The notes beneath the pieces are model-generated. The model saw nothing but the letters and a program-made list of their open reading frames with translations, ran no database searches and was not told the origin of the DNA. A stretch of DNA of 24,547 nt from a virus (Duplodnaviria > Caudoviricetes), in the IMG/VR virus record IMGVR_UViG_3300044272_002181, positions 1-24,547 of that record; one strand, written 5' to 3'. Below, one piece after another: positions 22,819 to 24,547 of the stretch. Numbering within the stretch: the stretch's first letter is position 1; the number at the start of each line of letters is the position of its first letter. The translations under genes and the position numbers were made by a program.

Positions 22819-24547
22819 TGAAGAAGAACTTCAGGTAGCGACAGAACAAAATATCCAAGAGCAAGTTGGTCCAGAAGATGTAAAAATTGAGGAGCAAGAA
22901 GATGGCTCTGTTGAAATTAATTTTGACCCTGAAGCAATCAATCAACCTAACAGCGAAAGCCATTTTGATAATTTAGCAGACCTATTACCAGAAGAAATAC
23001 TTGGCAGACTTGGATCTGAGATTTATGAGAATTACGAAAATTACAAAACATCTAGAAGAGACTGGGAACAAAGTTATACAAAGGGTCTAGATCTTTTAGG
23101 ATTTAAATATGAAAACAGAACACAACCATTTCAAAACGCAAGTGGTGTAACACACCCTGTTTTAGGAGAAGCTGTTACACAGTTTCAAGCGCAAGCTTAC
23201 AAAGAATTACTTCCAGCAAATGGACCAGTGCATACTCAGACCATGGGTGCACCGAGTAGACAGAAAGAAGATCAATCTGTTAGAGTAAAAAATTTCATGA
23301 ACTATCAGCTCATGAATGTGATGAAGGAGTATGAACCCGAGTTCGATCAAATGCTTTTTTATCTCCCTCTTAGTGGCTCTGCCTTCAAGAAAATCTATTA
23401 TGATGAACTCTTAGGCAGAGCTGTTTCTAAGTTCGTACCCGCTGATGATTTAATAGTTCCATACACTGCAACATCTATCGAAGATGCAGAAGCAGTTGTG
23501 CATAAATTAAAAATGTCAGAAAATGATTTAAGAAAAAAACAAGTGTCAGGTTTCTATAGAGATATAGAAATAAACCCTGGATATAATCAAGAAACAGACG
23601 TAGAGAAAAAAGAAAGAGAGTTAGAAGGTGTTAAGAAAACAAGAGAAGATAATATTTTCACTATCTTAGAATTTCACATGGATTTAGATCTAGAGGGATT
23701 TGAAGATAAAGACAACGCTGGTGATATGACTGGAATCAAACTTCCATACATTATTACGTTGGATGCTGGTAGTAGAGAAGTATTATCTATTAGAAGAAAC
23801 TATCAACCTATGGATCCGTTAAAAAAGAAAATAGAATATTTTGTTCATTTTAAATTTTTACCTGGTCTAGGATTCTACGGTTTTGGTTTAATCCACATGA
23901 TTGGTGGTTTATCTAGAACTGCAACTAACGCATTAAGACAATTAATTGATGCAGGTACATTTTCAAATATGCCTGCAGGTTTTAAACAACGAGGTATTCG
24001 TGTAAGAGACGAAGCAAATTCTATCCAACCTGGAGAGTTCAGAGATGTAGATGCACCTGGTGGAAACATCAGAGACGCATTTATGCCCTTACCATTTAAA
24101 GAACCATCACAGACTTTATTGCAGTTGATGGGGATTGTAGTTCAGGCAGGACAACGATTTGCCGCCATAGCTGACATGCAGGTCGGTGACGGCAACCAAC
24201 AAGCAGCTGTTGGTACGACCATAGCTCTCTTAGAACGTGGTTCCAGAGTCATGTCAGCCATACACAAAAGAATGTATGTGGCGATGAAACAAGAGTTTGA
24301 ATTACTTGCGAATGTATTTAAAACTTATTTGCCTGCTGAGTATCCTTATGACGTCGTTGGTGCACAACGAAATATTAAGGTTACGGATTTTGATGACAAG
24401 ATAGATATTATTCCTGTAGCTGATCCAAATATATTTTCACAATCACAAAGAATAAGTTTAGCACAAACAGAATTACAATTAGCTATGTCTAATCCACAAA
24501 TGCATAACATGTACGAAGCGTACAGAGATATGTACGAAGCAATCGGT
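22763..24547 (+). CDS. Portal protein (P22-like podophage type), runs off the window
   Basis: Manual: MAEIDKALPN...HFDNLADLL...SRRDWEQSYTKGLDLLG...HPVLGEAVTQFQAQAYKELLP...GSAFKKIYYD...FLPGLGFYGFGLIH; downstream of terL. Confidence 0.9.
   Translation, partial: MAEIDKALPNVEQTIKTPSEEELQVATEQNIQEQVGPEDVKIEEQEDGSVEINFDPEAINQPNSESHFDNLADLLPEEILGRLGSEIYENYENYKTSRRDWEQSYTKGLDLLGFKYENRTQPFQNASGVTHPVLGEAVTQFQAQAYKELLPANGPVHTQTMGAPSRQKEDQSVRVKNFMNYQLMNVMKEYEPEFDQMLFYLPLSGSAFKKIYYDELLGRAVSKFVPADDLIVPYTATSIEDAEAVVHKLKMSENDLRKKQVSGFYRDIEINPGYNQETDVEKKERELEGVKKTREDNIFTILEFHMDLDLEGFEDKDNAGDMTGIKLPYIITLDAGSREVLSIRRNYQPMDPLKKKIEYFVHFKFLPGLGFYGFGLIHMIGGLSRTATNALRQLIDAGTFSNMPAGFKQRGIRVRDEANSIQPGEFRDVDAPGGNIRDAFMPLPFKEPSQTLLQLMGIVVQAGQRFAAIADMQVGDGNQQAAVGTTIALLERGSRVMSAIHKRMYVAMKQEFELLANVFKTYLPAEYPYDVVGAQRNIKVTDFDDKIDIIPVADPNIFSQSQRISLAQTELQLAMSNPQMHNMYEAYRDMYEAIG

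Noticed and set aside
16243-24069. Track ORFs 16243..16464, 17331..17516, 17574..17771, 17841..18047, 18620..18820, 18741..18947, 19159..19401, 20141..20458, 20455..20682, 21328..21813, 22144..22440, 22733..22963, 23875..24069
   Set aside because: They are antisense shadows of real genes, or chance ORFs through GC-rich repeats (18620..18820).
1-24547. Prophage, integrase or alternative genetic code
   Set aside because: No host genes, att site or integrase are visible; genes end with TAA, TAG and TGA and read intact in the standard code.

Overview
AT-rich, gene-dense segment of a tailed dsDNA phage genome. Gene content and order resemble marine alphaproteobacterial podophages of the pelagiphage HTVC023P type; this assignment is from recognition of the module and was not searched. 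The segment opens with a replication module: divergent SNF2 helicase, putative SSB, AEP-type primase, UvrD helicase, DUF3310 protein and a family A DNA polymerase of the Leu762 type. It continues with small membrane/secreted proteins, an RHH-like regulator, a free-standing LAGLIDADG protein, a 2OG-Fe(II) oxygenase, a PD-(D/E)XK exonuclease and an iteron-like non-coding region (candidate origin). Next come a TerS-like gene, a VRR-NUC nuclease, a Cys-rich gp88-like protein and a promoter-rich early-type region bracketed by 30-bp GC-rich repeats. It ends with terminase large subunit, AxGG-motif proteins and the portal. The most notable non-coding signals are (i) a perfect alphaproteobacterial Irr iron control element (ICE) just upstream of the promoter of the putative Fe-S gp88-like gene, (ii) a ~260-nt promoter-to-terminator unit with no long ORF made of abutting hairpins (candidate structured ncRNA), (iii) a recurring ATCCYA operator-like motif with 10-bp period in most promoters, and (iv) GGTACAA and GCTTG repeat clusters.
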